The notes below the pieces were generated by a model, which ran no database searches, was not told the origin of the DNA, and was given only the letters and a program-made list of their open reading frames with translations. A program made the position numbers and the translations under genes. Positions 24,661 through 38,162 of a stretch of 64,000 nucleotides of DNA are shown piece by piece. This stretch comes from Gekko japonicus. Lineage: Eukaryota. Within the stretch, counting starts at the first letter, position 1. Each line of letters starts with the position of its first letter. Location: the NCBI RefSeq assembly GCF_001447785.1, contig NW_015164188.1, forward strand, positions 588,472 to 652,471, written 5' to 3'.

Positions 24661-27600
24661 GATATGGAAAGAAATAAGAAGACAAACAAACAGAGCAAAA
24701 TCATCCCACGATGGCTGTATCATATTAAAAAGGAATATGGGAAACGGTGTTTTGGGGAAAGATATCAACTGAACGAACAAATGATAATTAGTGGGCGGAA
24801 TCTGGCCATCCACTGCTGCTTAATGGATTATAAGCATTCCCATTCAGAGCAAGAAGAGACTGTTCTTTCTGTTTGCTAAGACATCAGTATACAACCACCC
24901 CCCATCTGCTTAGTGATCTAACAGCAGATCTCTCAGTGCCATATTACCATATTATTATGGGCCCTGTGTTGCATCGCAAGTCTCAATTTGTTCTAATCAT
25001 TCACTGTTAGAGTACATTTCAATGAATTAGTTAATGCCTTGTCTAGACAAAAATTCAATTACTTAAGTGGCTAGGTTTGGCACAGATTTGGCTTCGTGCC
25101 TGCAAACACCTGTGGACTCATAGGAGGTGTTCAGTATTTTGTTCTGACCTGATTTGAAGGCTTGAAACAAAGGACACCTAGTAGCCCACTCACTACCAGG
25201 GCAGGAGCTAGCAAATTCACCTGACCAGACATCCAAACAGTTAAAATGTAGAAGGCTTTAACAAAAGTAGCAGGTCAGTGTGGCATGAGCAAAGTGTCCA
25301 GAAACTGCTGAGGCTCGTCAAAATTAATCCTGGTGGTTTATTAATATAGCAGCAAGACCCATCTGGTGGCTTCACCCTAATTGCCTAGAACCTGGTACCA
25401 AACCTGGTTATGCATATAATGATCCCCACATAAAGAGCCACACAGATGGAGTTTAACATCATTTCAGTTTGAAGCAAGCACATGCACGTCACTTCTGAGG
25501 TTTATGTTCAAGGGCTTTTCCCCCCAGGTTTACACAAACACCCTCCACCCAACAGTCATATGCTGATTTCCACATCCCTTTGCAGTATGTTGTGAAGCCA
25601 GGCCCCATATGGAGCTGGATCCAGAATAAGAAAAGCCAAAGCAAGATGCAACCAGAAGAAAAGGTATAAAGATTACTTTAGTTGCAGCAGTAACAAGCCA
25701 AACACAATCAAGTTGTACATTTGCTCTTCATCATAAAGACTGGGATTTTTATCAGGACAAAAACCCTAAACAAACTGTATTGTTTCCAGTGTTTTGTTTA
25801 TTGTAAATTATAATTTTAATTTCCAGGCATTGCATTATGATGGACCTTTTTAAGATTATGTGATATGTAAATGCTTTTCTAAAGTTAGGAATCAATATAT
25901 CTGGGACTTTTATAATAAAATTTTAAGTAGCTCTAAGACATTTTGGAAATCTCTCTAATGATTGTCTATATGAAGAGCTTTTCTACTAATTACTTCTTGT
26001 TTTATGTTGGCATCGTCTTCTTTCTTCACTTCATGAGATCACGTTGACACCTCACTAAACAGTATTTATTCAGTTTCCTGTTAATTCAAGGGGATCCTGT
26101 CCCTGGATGCAAATGCAGCATATTTTCTTTTCCTTCCCCCCTTTTTGCATTGATGATTAAGCTCTAGAAGAATTACAAGAAAAGTCTAAAATTAACACAT
26201 CAGTTGAAATCTTACCATTTTTAATTGAGTAAATTAACTTTCTACCATTCATTCTGCATAGAACTGGATAAAGAATACCCAGTATATGATGGGATAAAGA
26301 GTAGTACAGCTAAAGAGTTTCAAAACTGTAACATTTCTGCATTTCACTGGATATGTTCCAATTGTTCCTATTTGTCAGAGACAATCTCTGTTTTCTGATT
26401 CCTCTCCCTGTGTCAGTCCTTATCCCAAATCTAAATCGGCTGTAATTTAAGAAGGAGGAGATTTGTGATTTATTCACTAAATCTAACAGAAAAGGGGATG
26501 TCTCAAGCCCATCACAAAAGCAGCAAAACCCGGCATCTGAAAGACAACAACAACAACAAAAACTCTGCCAGTATGAGCAAACTGTGACTTCTTAAATTAC
26601 CTCCCCCTCCCCAATATCCTGATGCAAACTGAGAATGCTCAGAGAGGCACAGAATATTGAGTGTGGCTGAGAATCAGTGTAGCGAGGGGACACACACACA
26701 CACACACACACAGAAATCAGCCTGCTCAAATCCCTAAGCGATTACAGCATCCCAGAGGAAACTGGGATCAAGGGATTTTGCATGTCCCCAACTCGTTCCA
26801 TCCAAAAGTCAGCATAGGCCCACTTACGAACAGGCCTGGGATTCCTATACAGTTTCCTTGGTATGTGTGAAATCTGACTTCTCAAAAAGACCCTTCCCAG
26901 TGCCCCAATGGTAGGGTTGCCAACACCAGCCTGGGAAATCTTTGGAAATTTGTCAGTGGTATCTGCGGAGGGATTTCATCTAGAGTCTTTGATATGCCAT
27001 AGAGTTCGCCCTCTGAAGCTGCCATTTTCCCCAGAGGAACTGATCTCTGTCATTTGGAGATCAGTTGTAATTCTGGGACAACTCCAGGCCCCATCTGGAA
27101 GTTGGCAACCCTAGCACAGAGCTTCAGCACTGACGTTATAATTACAAGAAGAGAGCTGATTAAAGGATGAAAAAGCTGATGAAGATGCGGATACAGACAT
27201 ACTTACCTGATACCGTGTAATACGGTAGCAGGAGATTTGGGTCCAGGAGAAAATTTCCCAGTCATTTACCCCCTGCCCCAATTCTTTATCCCCCAACTTG
27301 TCTTAATATATGGATGTGTATGCAGGAACACTGAATCACCATGTTATGTATACAGTATCATTTTATATACTAGGGAGGCTAGTATGGATAACAGGGAGAC
27401 CTAATATTCCTACACTCTGTTATTTGTAATTTTAACCAAAAGAAGAACCAGCTTCTCCAGACTGGAGACACATAGTTTGTACAGAAGAACCTTTAACCAC
27501 ATGGGGGGGCAGGTCTTAAGCAGGATTCCTTGGTGTGCCAATGCAAATTTCAACATGTCCTTATTTTCCTCTGTAAAATAATGGAGAGTATGCCTGACAC

Positions 27601-28494
27601 ATGACTCAGTCTTAAAACTAAAAAGTCTATTGAATATTTTTGGTTTTGAAGCACTGCTGTATCAGCCTTCTCCATCCAAAAGCAATAACAGTTAGTTATG
27701 ATGCCAGAGAAATCGAACACTGGAAAACCATCTATGTTAACAGACTGATTAATAAGGCTCATAGTGGGTGTAGCCTAGCTTTATCATTATCAACACCAAT
27801 TTCAGCAAGTCATAAATAAAAAATCCAGTTTTCCAGGCAGAATCCTTTGAGATGGCAGCATACATCTTGGGACATCAAACATGTAAAGTACAAGCTGCTA
27901 AACTATAGCGGTTACAGTTTTTGTGCACAAGCATTCAGTACTCAAATTCTAGAGTGAAAGAAAGAGATTATTTAATTAAATCCATAAGCCATCTCCCTGA
28001 TTCCCCCCCCCCCTTTTCAGTCCTCACATTTGTTGGAGGTGCCACCATCACGATGCTCTGTCTCTACATGATAACGTACAAATTATTATTTTAATTCCAG
28101 GATCAGTGTAAGGTAGGTTTAGTGGTCGTATACATAACACTCAGGAAAATCCTTGGGACTCTTATGACCTATTCAGTGGGGTGCAAGTTATGATGTCACT
28201 AGCTGGCACTGGATTCTACTATCCATTCAGCAGCTGTCCCAGTGGCTTATTTACTTCTCTTTATGCCCTCCAGTAAGGGCAACACGTCCTTTCCCTGCTT
28301 AAGTGGTACTCAGTGAAAGGAATCCTCCACAGGTCCTACCACACAAACATCAGCTGACAAAGACTAATGATCTTCCACTCCTGTTTAATTGCACCAATTT
28401 CCCGTCCTGAAATAGTGCAAGAAAATGCTTTTGTGCTTGCTGGGGAAACCCATGTGTATCCCAGGGAATATGCTGGTGTCCTTGAATAGTGCCC

Positions 28495-28735
28495 CCTTAG
28501 TCATCTTATTTCTAACGTGAAAAGTCCTGGACTCTTTGGCCTTTCCTCATAGAAAAAGTGTTCCGCTCCATTAATCAACTTGGTTCCTGTGCTTTTTCCG
28601 CCTTTGCAATATCCTTCTGAGATATGCTGACAAAATTGTCCATAGTATTCCAAATGAGGCTACAACATAGTTTATATAAGGGCAGTACAATATTGGCCAT
28701 TCTATTTTCAATTCCTTTCCTAATAATCCCCAGCA
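28495..28735 (-). mobile_element. CR1 ORF2 fragment
   Basis: CCTTTCCTCATAGAAAAAGTG...TTCAATTCCTTTCCTAATAATCCCCAGCATGG, typical antisense CR1 RT sequence. Confidence 0.7.
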
Positions 28736-30844
28736 TGGATGATCAGGGCTGTGGGGGGGGATGGATTCCAGAAGCTCGTGCACTATGTATAAATGTTTGG
28801 AGAGAGAGCCAGTGCCTGCACTTCACCAGTGGAGTGCAAAGGCATCTTATCCATTTATTGGCTGACTTCCAGGAAGCTGGGTTGAGAAACTTTGGACCTC
28901 AGCAGATGGAAATGGAAATGGAAATGAGACACGGGAAAAAAAGTCCTTGTCATGCATTGGTCGTTTTATGTGTTGTTTCGTTATGTTCCTCAGCCTAAGA
29001 TAAGATTCGAGAGAAGGGTGGAGTGGAATAACTTCATAATTTTAATTCAACAGAGGAAGGAAGGAAGCAAGCACACACGCGCAACCTTGAGCCAGCCCCG
29101 AGTTCATATAGGCTCTGTTCAATAAATTTTGGGTTGTTTCAACCTCAGTTTACTGCACAAACCCTAGTCAATCTAACAGATAAATATAGCAGACCAGTTT
29201 ATTTGTAAGCTGCAGTCCTTGTCACTTCCTTTCCCACCTCCAGGCAGAACCCCCAGAAATGAACTAGTTAAATCCAACCCTGGTGTCTCATGCCTTGTGT
29301 GGGGGGAGGTGCCCTGGACAATCCCCAGATGCTACACTGTACAGCCCAGATACTGACTACACCTCACTATGTATGCAACCCACTTACTATCCATCAGTTC
29401 CAACAGATTGGCAGGGCAAGAGACAGGAAGAGATTTTCTCTTATGGGACTCTGCCTCTCATTAGCACAGTAAGAACAGAGGGGAAGAGAGTGTTTGCTGC
29501 AGGTTATGCATTGCTGTGTCTTCTGAGAGCAGGCGAGCAGGAATCCTCAGAGGAGGGAACAACTTTATGAATATCTGTACAGAAATCAACTGCTCACTGT
29601 TCACCTGAATGCATTTTGTACAAATATTCGTAAAAGAGACAATGGTGAAGTATTCCTCCCCTGTTTCACAAATAGCATCCCACCTTTGTGTGTAGGGGAG
29701 AGGAATTAAGTTCATGACATGCCCCTGCTTCATCTCCCTATTTCATCCATCTGTATTGAACCGTATTTATTTTGACAGCCAGACACAACCTTGTCAATGC
29801 CATGACTGTAAACACCCAGAGGTTGAGATCTCTCATACAAATTTTGTCATCTTTCAAAAGAGGTCATAGATTTCCATTAGAAGGGGAAAGCAACCCTGAA
29901 TGGCCACAGCATTCCCTAAGATGGTGCACTCAAGGAAATGAATATATTGCAGCAACGCACTACTGCTTAGGGAATTATATTCATTCAGGGCTTTCAATGA
30001 AAAAAAAGACAGGAAAAGCACTTTACATTCAGCTCAACAACATTTGAATATTGTAGGAGCTTCTGTATGTCTGAGGGATCTGGGAACAACAGTCTGTGTT
30101 TCTGATCCCCTAAGTTCTTTCAAGCAATCAAAACTAAAATTATGCCGTTACTATACAGCATGACAGTGTCTATTCTGATGCAAAGCAAGTTGTCCCTGAC
30201 AATTTATGCCTTTTTATAGCATGGCTTGGTTAACTAAGCAACATCAAATAGAATTGCTGTAATGAATCTTGCACTGCCTCTACTCCCTGGGATTCAATTA
30301 CTTCTAACTCTTTCACAGTGCAACCCTAAGCAGAGTCACACCCTTGTAAACCTATTGACTTCAATGGATTTAGAAGGGTGGTACTCTGTTGAGGATTGGA
30401 CCTTAAGTGCAGCCACTCAGGGCTGTTTCAGGGTATTTTGTCACCACCATCCAAGGTATAGTTCCCCCCCCCAATTAAGTTACTGGAGAACACAGGAGTT
30501 AAGGTTGACAACTAGAGGGGGGGGAAGTCCTGTTTCTTTAATGGAGGGTTGACGTGTCAAAATGGGCAGTTTAAGCATAGAGGCAACAACAGCACCTGCT
30601 AATTGCTTGCCAACCAAACTGGTATTAAAGGAAAACAGTTAGCAACACTGACATGGGTTCATGAAAGATGTAAATTAAGTTAATGTTATCCCCATATTAC
30701 AGATGTGAGTGTGAGAGGTAGTGGCTTGTCCAAGCAAGAGCAACCTGATGTTTCACATGGTCTGAGGTGAGCATGATGTCAGACCAAGGCAAACCTCAAC
30801 ATATCCTGAGGTAGGGCAACTGTTGAGGCCCAGGAATTCTGGCA

Positions 30845-32600
30845 GGGTTCTGCTGGGCATTCTGCACTTTTTAACTGTTTGTGCTGGACTTGCAAAATCC
30901 CCCCCTTGCTTGAATTTGTTGTGACTCTGCTTTGAGATCAGTCCTCTTAAGCTTGCAGTGCCAATAGCACTGGGTTCTGCTGGGCATTCTGCACATTATA
31001 ACTGGTTCTGCTGGGCTTGCAAAAAAAAAACACCCTTTGCTTGGATTTCTTGTGACTCTGCTTTGAGATCAATCCTTTTAAGCTTGCAATGTCTGCCCTT
31101 ATAAAAGTTTGGAATTCAATAAAAGATAAAAACTATACTAAAATACCAATGTGGATCTCACCGATAGAGGCATTTGCAAAACCCACATTAATAATAGGAA
31201 AAACCAAAGAAATGTATGGAAATTTACTAAATAAAGAAACCGAACTGAAAACAGATGAGATGTTATTAAAACAAAATATAGATCTTTCCTTGTGGGAAAA
31301 ATATGTACTGAGATGAAGATATAAGGAAGATTTTTAAAACCAGGTTTTTATACTAGTCCCAATGAAATTGACAAAATCTGGCTTTCATCAAGTGATAAAT
31401 TAATTCAAAAGCTGTATAAAAAATTGTTAGAGGATTTTTTACAAAATGAGACCATAAAAACACCAATGATAGCCTGGATGAAGGAGATTGGCCACAATAG
31501 AAACAGATCACTGGCTAAAAACCTGGAAAGCTTTAAGATATATGAGAGCGACCCCTTATAAGGAGAATATATAAAAACTATTTTATATATGGCATTGGAC
31601 ACCTGAAAAAATTGCCAAATGCTTCCCGAGATCATCTAATAGCTGCTAGAGATGCAAAAGGAATATGGTTCATATCTCCATATATGGTGGAGATGTGATA
31701 AAATTCAAAAATTTTGGGGAAAAATCTATAAGTTATTTTTAGATATAGTAAAAATCAATATCCCTTTAACACCAGAAACATATTTACTGAACATGCTACC
31801 GGATAAAATAAAAGACAATACACATATAATTATTTACATATTAACAGCGGCTAGAATACTTATAGCAAAACGTTGGAAATCAAGTCATACCTTCTATAAA
31901 AGAGCTTAAATATAAGATACTAGAAGTAGCAGAAATGGATAAATTAAGTATAATATTACAAAATAACCCAGAGGAGCTATTTTGGAAAAGATGGAAAATA
32001 ATTTATGACTGGCTGAAGATGGAAAAGATGGACTAGACTCGATAATATATTAGCTACTGATAATTTATGTTAAAGAAGAAAGATAAATTTTACCTTATGA
32101 AATGTATAATACTCTAAATGAATATAATTTTGATGGAAAATGAAAATAAATTTATTTTTAAAAAAGCTTGCAATGCCACTGACACTGGGTTCTGCTGGGC
32201 ATTCTGCACATTGCACTGGTTCTGCTGGGCTTGCAACCTTGCTGGGCTTGCAGCCTTGCTTGGAGTGTGATTCTGTGCTAGACATTAGTACTGTTGAGAC
32301 AGCATTATCACAATGGCACTGAATTCTGCTGGGCGCTCTTTGCATTGGTACAACTGGGTACTCTGTACATTGACTGGTTCAGTTAGGCTTGCAAAAATGT
32401 CCCCCACCACGTTCAGTTTCTACTGCAGAGATTGTCTGGCTTGACTTTAGTCCTGTTGAGTTTGCAGTGCCACAGTGACACTGGTTCTGCTGTGCACATT
32501 GCACCAATTCTGCTGGGCTTGCAGAAATGCCCCCCCCTCCATTTCTACTGCAGAGATTCTTTGGGATTCTGTTCTGCTGGGCTTCTTATTGCCCTAGCTG
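30845..32600. repeat. Degenerate ~126-bp tandem repeat array, split by an L1 insertion
   Basis: GGGTTCTGCTGGGCATTCTGCAC recurs at 30845, 30971 and 32187, with further TTCTGCTGGG variants to ~32600. Confidence 0.8.
31092..32163 (+). mobile_element. 5'-truncated L1-clade 3' fragment (diverged subfamily)
   Basis: IPMWISPIEAF, WHWTPEK, YLHIWWRC and ILTAARILIAKRWK parallel the large L1 ORF2 C-terminus. TSD AAGCTTGCAATG at 31080..31091 and 32164..32175. Confidence 0.88.
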
Positions 32601-33323
32601 TTTTGCTGGGTTTTTCCCTCCATTGGAAACAATAGAGGTTTTGCTGGGGTTTTTCCCTCCATTGGAAACAATAGAGGATGGAACATCTTCTTTGGGGGGC
32701 CATAACTCAGACCCCGTAAATCGAATCCTCACGAACCTTGGAGGATAGATAGAGGAGAATTGGCCAACGATCCCCTGTGAGTTTGGTGTCTCTAGCACAG
32801 CAGGGGGCATTTGACCAAATCACAGACTTCACAAACTGAACCAGTTCATTTAGCCCCTAAAGGTTTGTGTCAGTTCATGGATCACAAAACGGGCAACCCA
32901 CAAACCATGAACCATCATGAACCGCATTTTCCCAGTTCATGCCCATCCCTACACATGAAGCTGGGAAACCATATGTGACCATTTTTATATGCATGCACTA
33001 TGTAAGAATTCTCACGTACAGCTCCTCCTTGCCCTGAAAGCAAGCAGTCTTTCCCCACTTGTTTCTGCAGCAAGTATTGCTAGGCAGAGACTGTTTATTT
33101 CAAAGACAGGCATCTAAAACAATATGACATCAACAGTTTACAAGTGAAGCATTTACAAAGCTAGGAACTAAAGAACAACTGAGAACAGCAAAACCAGAGC
33201 CACTTTCTGCATTCAGGAGCATACAAGTACAATTGGGTAAACACATTCACTGTGTGAGAACTGAGTTAGCCTGCTTATTTAAGAAAAAATGAAATGGAGC
33301 AAAAATTTCCAGGGATCGGTGCA

Positions 33324-33767
33324 TAGGGCAGTGAATTTGGGTTTACCAGGCAGAGCCTGCAGGGAGAACTCTCCCCACAAAATAAGCTCCTGGGCGGGAT
33401 CTGTTGGGCAATCTGGTCTAAAGCGGGCTGCCCAGCAGAGCCCCAGCAAAGCCTGTGTGGAGAACTCTCCCCACAGGATTGGGTGCCTGGAGAGCTTTTT
33501 TGGGCAGTCAGTTTAAAGGGACTGCCCAAAAGAGCCCCAGGTGGGCCACCTCTCTGCTGTTTTTAGCGGTTTTGCCACTGCCCCCCCCCCCAGTGTTTTT
33601 TGATTCAGGTCTATTGGACCCGAAAAATTCAGGATTTCTGAAAAATCCTGCATCTGAATACTTCACAAGTATTGGGATCTGGGTTTTTTCCAGGAATATC
33701 AATTGGGGGGGGGGGTTTCCAGTAGAACAGAACTGAAAAATAGCAAGAAAAAAATTGCACACCCCTA
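33324..33767. mobile_element. hAT-type non-autonomous element
   Basis: TAGGG...CCCTA termini; 8-bp TSD TCGGTGCA/TCAGTGCA. Confidence 0.72.
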
Positions 33768-34756
33768 TCAGTGCAGACAGCAGTTCTTGCAGTAGTAGCA
33801 CATGACATCACTAGTTCCATTTTAGCAATGAACTGAACTGCATAGCTTACATAGCCTGGTATAAGCAAAGTTTCTCACATTCATGGATGCAAAGTCATCA
33901 ATTTTATCGGCAGAACTTGTTTACTTTGCAAGTGCATTCTTTCAGAGAGCATAATGAAATAGTTCAGCCTATCCTCCCCGAAAGTTAACTGCAGGTAGTT
34001 CTTAACTTGATGCTTATTTATATACCTCCTTTAACCTAAACCTCCACAGGTACTAAAAATGTGTTCCCCAGAAGCCCCAGAGACTGTTAAAGCAACTTCC
34101 ATTCCCAAGCAAATACATATCTGAGGGGGGTTTCATTCTGTATCCTAATTTTTACACCCTAGCATTTCCCAGATATACCTTTGATCTCTACAGTTTGTAA
34201 ATCTACCTTGCATACTGCCAGTACTTTTTTTTTATCTGCTTCACCAAGTCTACTCTTCCACCATGTCTACTCCTCCTTTTTTCAATCATGGTCCACCATT
34301 TTCAGAAATTGTTTCTGTACAACCCATTTCCCCATCTTTTCTAACTGCTCAGTATGTGAAACGTCAGGTATCCCAGCTACAACAATTCCAATAGCAACCA
34401 TTTCTCACCTACAAATATTGATTCTGAATGTGCCATGATATTTAGTATATTTATATTATCTCCTCATCCATTCCCCACATAACAGTTTCAAGGTGCCGAT
34501 TCAGATTGTGGTTGTATTTACCAATAAACTTTACAGTAGAAAAGAAAAGACCGCTTTCATTGTGTTCTAGAGTAGAATGTGATCCCTGGAACAGCATATT
34601 TTACCCTGCCAGAAACTAACACTATACAGCACTTTTTCCTTCTCTTTTTCAGGAATATTATCCTTTTCCACTAAGAGCATTTGCAAGACCTTTCGACTAT
34701 AAGTAACGTGGAAGATTATCAGGATTGGCCTCATGGCCCTTCTATGCTTTGTTATA

Positions 34757-34970
34757 TTTATTTATTTAATTTGTACCCCACATTTCTCCCCAGTGGGGAC
34801 TCAAAGTAGCTTACATCATCTCCTCTCCTTTATTTTATCCTCACAGCAACCCTGTGAGGTAAGTTAGCCTGAGAGAGTGTGACTGGCCCAATTCACCCGG
34901 CGAGCTTCCATGACACGAGTGGGGATTTGAACCTGGGCCCAGTACTCTTAACCGTTACACCACAATGGCT
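34757..34970 (-). mobile_element. Squam3/MIR-like CORE SINE
   Basis: ATCCTCACAGCAACCCTGTGAGGTAAG core; GGGATTTGAACC...CTCTTAACCGTTACACCAC head. Confidence 0.75.
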
Positions 34971-36788
34971 CGCAATAATAACCTTCTGTTAACATTCACA
35001 GCCCCACTGCAGAATTCAGAATGCTATGGTGCTTGATTTTTGTTCTCTTCAGATAGCACGAAACAAAAATGCCTTCAGGCTCCAATTGAGTCACTCAGGT
35101 TTCACACTTTCTTAACTGGACAGTATTGAAGAAAACAGATGCAGACAGTGAACCTTTGGAGAGATCATGTGGAAAGCTTGTTTGACATGTGTATGATTTG
35201 AGCACAACATCAAGGTGAGCTGGCAAGGGTCTCAACTCATGTGTAAAACAAGAAGTTTGATCACGGCAGGTTTGAATGTCAATCACATTTTTGCAAGTTT
35301 GCAGCAGCCCTGATATCACAGGCTATCAGATGGAGAAATACTGTACAACACAATCCATTTAGTCCATGGATATCAGAAGGAGGGGAGGAAGCAGATGAGG
35401 ATTCTTCTCTGAAATTTTTTTTGGGTCTGACTACAATATCTAAGGAGGGGAAATGAATTGACTCGTTTCATTTATTACTTTCTTCAGGAGCAGCAATCTA
35501 TTATTAATAGGCGTATGGTTTTGTTTGATAAATTAGTTGGAATTGGTTTCAAACTCAATAGATGTCAACCTCTTCTTAGAATTCGATTTTAAAACAACAC
35601 AGAACCTGTTTTAATGAAGTATGTGATCCTTTTAATATTGCCATGAATGATGCTGGTCTAATGAATAAAGAACCAATACTGTTGTCTCCTTCCAGATTGG
35701 TACTTACTGGAAAAGTTCTCTGTTTAAAATTCATAGATGTAAAGCCTTCACTTATTACAGGAGACTGCAATTTTTTTTAAAAAAAAATACAATATTAAAT
35801 GTAGCATAAATGAAATTAATATAGTGTTACTTTCCTTTATCTTGGCTTCAGGAAATAAGACTGTGGCTTCATCACAGATCAATGCAAAGGCACTTGCTAA
35901 ATCATTGATAAAATAAGATTATTTGATAAGAAAGTTTTGTGTGATAAATTGGTTGGAACTGGCTTCAGCCTTAATTGGTGTCATATGATATTGGTGAGGC
36001 TATAGTCAGATCCCCTGGAGTGTGATATAGCTCTAAAAAGCCACCATGGTGGTGGTGGGGGAGCAGGGGAGCTTTACCTCTTCTCTCCAAGCTAGAGTTG
36101 CCAACTTCCAGGTGGCACCTGGAAATCTCCTGCTATTACAGTTGATCTCCACATGAGCAAGATCATTGCCCCTAGGAGAAAATGGCTGCTTTGGACAGGG
36201 GACTCAGTGGCATCATGTCCTGCTGAGATCCCTCAGCTCCCCATATATCCTGCACTCCCCAGGCTCCACCCCCAAAGTCTCCAGGTATTTCCCAACCCAG
36301 AGCTGGCAACACTACTCCAAGCTATTTCTCTCATTGGAAATACAGCTCACCAGGCAACTTTTAGGAAGCAAAAAGAGACAGGCCCAGTACCATTCTTTTG
36401 CTTTTCTTCCGGGAGCTTTAAATAATCAATCAAGACATTTCTGATCATGGAACTGGCATAAGGAGATGAGTTTGGGGGGAAGGAAGACATACTTCCCTAG
36501 TGTTGCAGCCGTGATCAGTATCACACACACACATCTCATGGTTACATTTTGCAGCTGAACAGTGAAATCCTAAAGATACTTCAGTTGTCTTAGAAAGGTA
36601 TAACTCTGCTTGAGGTCACACTGTAAATTACTTATTTGGGGAACTGACAATAGATTGCTAGTATTACAGTGACCCATGAAGCTGCCTTATATTGAATCAG
36701 ATCATCAGTCCATCAAAGTCAAGTCCTGTCTACTGAGACTCGCAGTGGCTGTCCAGTGTCCCTGGCAGTGGTCTTTCACATCATCCTA

Positions 36789-37071
36789 GGCTGATTTTGC
36801 ACTAGAGCTGCCTCGATGTTGCGCCGCCGTTTGCCCTGATACTATTGGTCAATTTCACACCCGAAGCCGCAGGGCTGCATTTGACCCGCGGCTTTGCCTG
36901 ATTTCCTCCGCAGTTTCGTGATCCTCAAGAAACAAGATCACGAAACTGCGGGGGAAATCGGGCGAAGCCGCGAGTCAAAATGCAGCCCCGCAGCTTCGGG
37001 TGCAATACTGACCAATAGTATCGGGGCAAACAGTGGCGCAACATCGAGGCAGCTCTAGTGCAAAATCAGCC
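36789..37071. mobile_element. Fold-back (hairpin) PIF/Harbinger-type MITE, 283 bp
   Basis: GGCTGATTTTGCACTAGAGCTGCCTCGATGTTGCGCC has its perfect reverse complement at the other end, and complementarity continues to a ~12-nt loop. TSD CTA. Confidence 0.92.
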
Positions 37072-37386
37072 CTAGTTTTAGCTCTGTGGTTCAGTCCAGT
37101 TGGGGGTCTAATATACATAGGATTAACAAAAATGAGCTAGATCTGGAATTATATCGGTGGTAAGTCCTGGGGCAGTTTTGGACTGTCTTTGCCTGCAAAG
37201 TTTGACTCAGTTTCTCCCATTAAGGTTATCCCTCAGAATGTGGCTGGCTGGTCTAATAATGGTGACGAATATTACTTGTGCCCAGTTCTTGCCACGAAGT
37301 TTGGGTTACTTCATTTGATTTTCTTGCTTCTCCTGCTTACGCAACAATATGCATTACCAGCTATTGTGTGTGTGAGTGTAAGGTGT

Positions 37387-37770
37387 ATGGTGACCGTGAC
37401 CCCATAACGTTGTCTAGGCAAGTGATTAAGCAGATGTGGTTTGCCATTGTGTTCCTCTGCAAAGTCTACCTTGGTGGTCTCTAGGGTTGCCAGTTCCAGT
37501 TTGGGAAATACCTGGAGACTTTGGTGTTGAAGCCCAAGGAGAGTGGGATTTGGAGAGGGCAGGGACTTCAATGGGGTATGATGCCATAGAGTCTACCTTC
37601 CAAAGCACCATTTTCTCCAGGTGAACTGACCTCTATCACCTGGAGACCAGTGGTAATCCCAAGAGATCTCCAGCTATCACCTGGCAGTTGACAACCCTGA
37701 CTGATCTCCCATCCAAGTACCAACTCTGCTTAACTTCTGATATCTGATGAGATCGGGCTATACTATACCA
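37387..37770 (-). mobile_element. 5S-derived SINE interrupted by a family B MITE (~37482..37699)
   Basis: TCTCCCATCCAAGTAC...CTGCTTAACTTCTGATATCTGATGAGATCGGGCTA is the antisense 5S internal control region. Confidence 0.72.
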
Positions 37771-38162
37771 TTATATGGCCTCACCAGCTGGCACTGCGGT
37801 ATCTCTAGGTACTATGAATAATCACTTAAGAAAACCCTAGCCTTGGAATTACAGTTCCCAGTGTTATCTTGGGAGAAGGGACTTCTATTTAACCAGTTTA
37901 AATCTGTAGCATAGATATATCCATAAATTTAGAGCATAATTATATGTTACACTATCCTCAAGTCCTCCCTGAGGACTTTAACATGCCTAACCAGTTCCAC
38001 GCTGGGAACTCAGGCTCCAGGCAATGCAGGGGAATCAGGAATGCAGCACACATAGAAAGGGGACCTAAACATTTTCCCTCACAACATTTATCCAACCATA
38101 GACTGCCCCTGAGGTGCTATTTCCCTATTGGGGAAACCTACATATAGTTATCAGTACATGTA

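Noticed and set aside
27199-27209. ATACTTACCTG as a U1 snRNA gene
   Set aside because: The match stops after 11 nt, with no U1 body or Sm site. Better read as an antisense splice donor.
34100-34440. Possible Gypsy gag/PNMA-like remnant on minus (IVVAGIPD...)
   Set aside because: Only a few residues of resemblance, multiple stops, and no LTR or pol nearby.
35053-35214. Plus-strand exon candidate (TTCTCTTCAG...AAG|GTGAGC)
   Set aside because: Stops in all three frames and no supporting neighbouring exons.
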